Shown here: piece after piece, positions 61,217-64,000 of the stretch
How the letters are laid out: every line of letters starts with the position of its first letter
Position numbering within the stretch: position 1 is the stretch's first letter
Assembly: GCA_030141605.1 (NCBI GenBank)
Contig: JAQGDQ010000262.1
Coordinates: 253,240-317,239 of the forward strand
Length of the DNA: 64,000 nt
Reading direction: 5' to 3'
Source of the DNA: Tubiluchus corallicola
Lineage: Eukaryota > Animalia > Priapulida
Notes under the pieces: model-generated
Database searches by the model: none
Seen by the model: only the letters and a program-made list of their open reading frames with translations
What the model was told of the DNA's origin: nothing
Program-made: the position numbers and the translations under genes

Positions 61217-63957
61217 ATGACACTATATACAAACAAAACAATTACTAATAAAACAGACGTTATTTAATCTTCATGTTAGTTATATTAGTTATTTAATGAA
61301 AAGTTTAATGATTAGTATTTAAAAAAAATAAATTACTAATTTATTCTTAATTCAATCATCTTTACTGGATGATTGACTGGTCAAGTGACTAATTAACTGA
61401 CAATTAAATTGATTTGTTTATATATCTTTGTTTGTCTTTCTATTATTTTGCTCGAACATTTTCATTCGTTTGTTCATTTAGTCGGTCAGTTAGTAATTCG
61501 TTCATTCATTTAATTATGCATTTCTTTACTTGTTCATTTAATAAATCATTTATTCATTCATTCGTTTGTTCGTTCGTTCGTTCATTTGTTCTTTCATTCA
61601 TTCATTCATTCATTCATTCATTCATTCATTCATTCATTCATTCATTCATTCATTCATTCATTCATTCATTCATTCATTCATTCATTCATTCATTCATTCA
61701 TTCATTCATTCATTCATTCATTCATTCATTCATTCATTCATTCATTCATTCATTCATTCATTCATTCATTCATTCATTCATTCATTCATTCATTTAATTC
61801 GTTCGTTCGCTCGTTCATTCAATTCATTCATTCAATTCGTTCATTTATTCATTTATTCATTCATTCATTCATTTAATTCGTTCGTTCGCTCGTCTGTGCG
61901 TTCGTTCGTTCGTTCAATCAATTCATCCATTCATTCATTCATTCAAACCGCTCCTATTCATTCAAGCCTTCATCCATTCAATTAATTCAACGCTTTTTAC
62001 GTCTCAATAAAGTGAATCTGAAATGATCTACTATTGAACTCATCTTTATTTTCACCAGTGTTAATATCAACACAGCGCTGCCGTATATTACTAGTGTTAT
62101 TATGCATAAGTGGTATAAGCTTTTGTGTAACTCCTCTTCGCGATAAGCAGAATATAAATTATGCTTTTACAGAAAGCTCTCCACAGGCAAGTTGTCATGA
62201 ATAAATTCAACTCGAACAAAATCTCATTCGCAGCAGCTTTGAACGTTGAGAATTCGTTGGCATCGTAATTTAACTCTGTAGTCACAGCGACAAAACGATT
62301 AGTACCAATAAGCTTTAGCATTATTAGCGTCTCCATGGACTGAAATAATACGTTAGGTAAGAATGAATATATTTCATAAACCGTGTTGTCTGATTCTAAG
62401 AAAATGACAAACAAGTTTAACGCCTGCTACTCTATAATTCTGCTTTTTTCGGCGTGATAGGTGGCGCCACAAGCACAAATAAAGCCAGCCGCTGAGTTTA
62501 ACACTATAGGCCTTAATTTTAACCTTGAAACGGTACGATTTTATTGAATGAATGAATTGAATGAACGAGCGAACGAACGAATTAAATGAATGAATGAATG
62601 AATGAATGAATGAATGAATGAATGAATGAATGAATGAATGAATGAATGAATGAATGAATGAATGAATGAATGAATGAATGAATGAATGAATGAATGAATG
62701 AATGAATGAATGAATGAATGAATGAATGAATGAATGAATGAATGAATGAATGAATGAATGAAAGAACAAATGAACGAACGAACGAACAAACGAATGAATG
62801 AATAAATGATTTATTAAATGAACAAGTAAAGAAATGCATAATTAAATGAATGAACGAATTACTAACTGACCGACTAAATGAACAAACGAATGAAAATGTT
62901 CGAGCAAAATAATAGAAAGACAAACAAAGATATATAAACAAATAAATTTAATTGTCAGTTAATTAGTCACTTGACCAGTCAATCATCCAGTAAAGATGAT
63001 TGAATTAAGAATAAATTAGTAATTTATTTTTTTTAAATACTAATCATTAAACTTTTCATTAAATAACTAATATAACTAACATGAAGATTAAATAACGTCT
63101 GTTTTATTAGTAATTGTTTTGTTTGTATATAGTGTCATTATATTTCAAAATTGAAATTGTATATATGTGTTGTTTTTTTGTATATTTGAAAATTGAAATT
63201 GTATATATGTGTTGTTTTTTTGTATATTTGAAAATTGAAATTGTATATATGTGTTGTTTTTTTGTATATTTGAAAATTGAAATTGTATATATGTGTTGTT
63301 TTTTTGTATATTTGAAAATTGAAATTGTATATATGTGTTGTTTTTTTGTATATTTGAAAATTGAAATTGTATATATGTGTTGTTTTTTTGTATATTTGAA
63401 AAATGAAATTGTATATATGTGTTGTTTTTTTGTATATTTCAAAATTGAAATTGTATATATGTGTTGTTTTTTTTGTATATTTGGAAATTGAAATTGTATA
63501 TATGTCCTGTTTTTTTGTATATTTCAAAATTGAAAATGTATATATGTGTTGTTTTTTTGTATAGTTGAAAATTGAAATTGTATATATGTGTTGTTTTTTT
63601 GTATATTTGAAAATTGAAATTGTATATATGTCTTGTTTTTTGTAAATTTCAAAATTGAAATTGTATATATGTGTTGTTTTTTTGTATATTTCAAAATTGA
63701 AATTGTATATATGTGTTGTTTTTTTGTATATTTGAAAATTGAAATTGTATATATGTCCTGTTTTTTTGTATATTTCAAAATTGAAAATGTATATATGTGT
63801 TGTTTTTTTGTATATTTGAAAATTGAAATTGTATATATGTGTTGTTTTTTGTATATTTGAAAATTGAAATTGTATATATGTGTTGTTTTTTGTATATTTG
63901 AAAATTGAAATTGTATATATGTGTTGTTTTTTTGTATATTTCAAAATTGAAATTGTA
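60439..63957. repeat. Large inverted repeat: arms about 60439-61836 and 62543-63957, 706-bp spacer
   Basis: The right arm is the reverse complement of the left arm, including unique sequence, the (TTCA)n tract and rare minisatellite variants. Confidence 0.95.
61593..61793. repeat. (TTCA)n microsatellite (inverted copy at 62586-62761)
   Basis: Directly visible. Confidence 0.97.
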
Positions 63958-64000
63958 AGCAATACGTAACTGAACGAAGTACAATGTAGTTACGTATTGC

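Noticed and set aside
62100-62414. 104-aa ORF in the inverted-repeat spacer as a transposase
   Set aside because: Non-ATG start, short, and no DDE, HUH or RT motif that I can recognise
59425-63984. Many ORFs such as KYTKKQHIYTISI and HSFIHSFI repeats
   Set aside because: These are translations of the 42-bp minisatellite and (TTCA)n; indels switch frames freely

Overview
AT-rich, intron-containing animal (probably invertebrate) genomic DNA; nothing prokaryotic. Two protein-coding genes are arranged head to head. (1) On the minus strand are the first 11 coding exons (14944 down to 316, 487 codons, all GT-AG and phase-consistent) of a retinoblastoma-family pocket protein of the p107/p130 (RBL1/RBL2) type, continuing off the left edge, with an E2F site just upstream. 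(2) On the plus strand is an RREB1/hindsight(pebbled) orthologue (35917-36312 + 36562-40878, 1570 aa, 21 C2H2 fingers by my count, tandem CtBP-type motifs) with a probable long 3' UTR. The rest is non-coding. It holds many non-autonomous DNA transposons (hAT with 8-bp TSDs, pogo/Tigger with TA, piggyBac and Kolobok-like with TTAA), 3' fragments of RTE-, CR1- and L2-group LINEs, microsatellites and tandem arrays. The most unusual features are: tandem arrays built from transposon ends (14 copies of a LINE 3' terminus plus tail; 11 copies of a flank/TIR junction), a roughly 1.4-kb inverted duplication around a 706-bp spacer that ends at a perfect hairpin, a 96-bp intronic array that carries a frame-preserving pseudo-microexon, and CTCF-like motifs bracketing RREB1. 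All family assignments are by eye and from memory; no searches were run.
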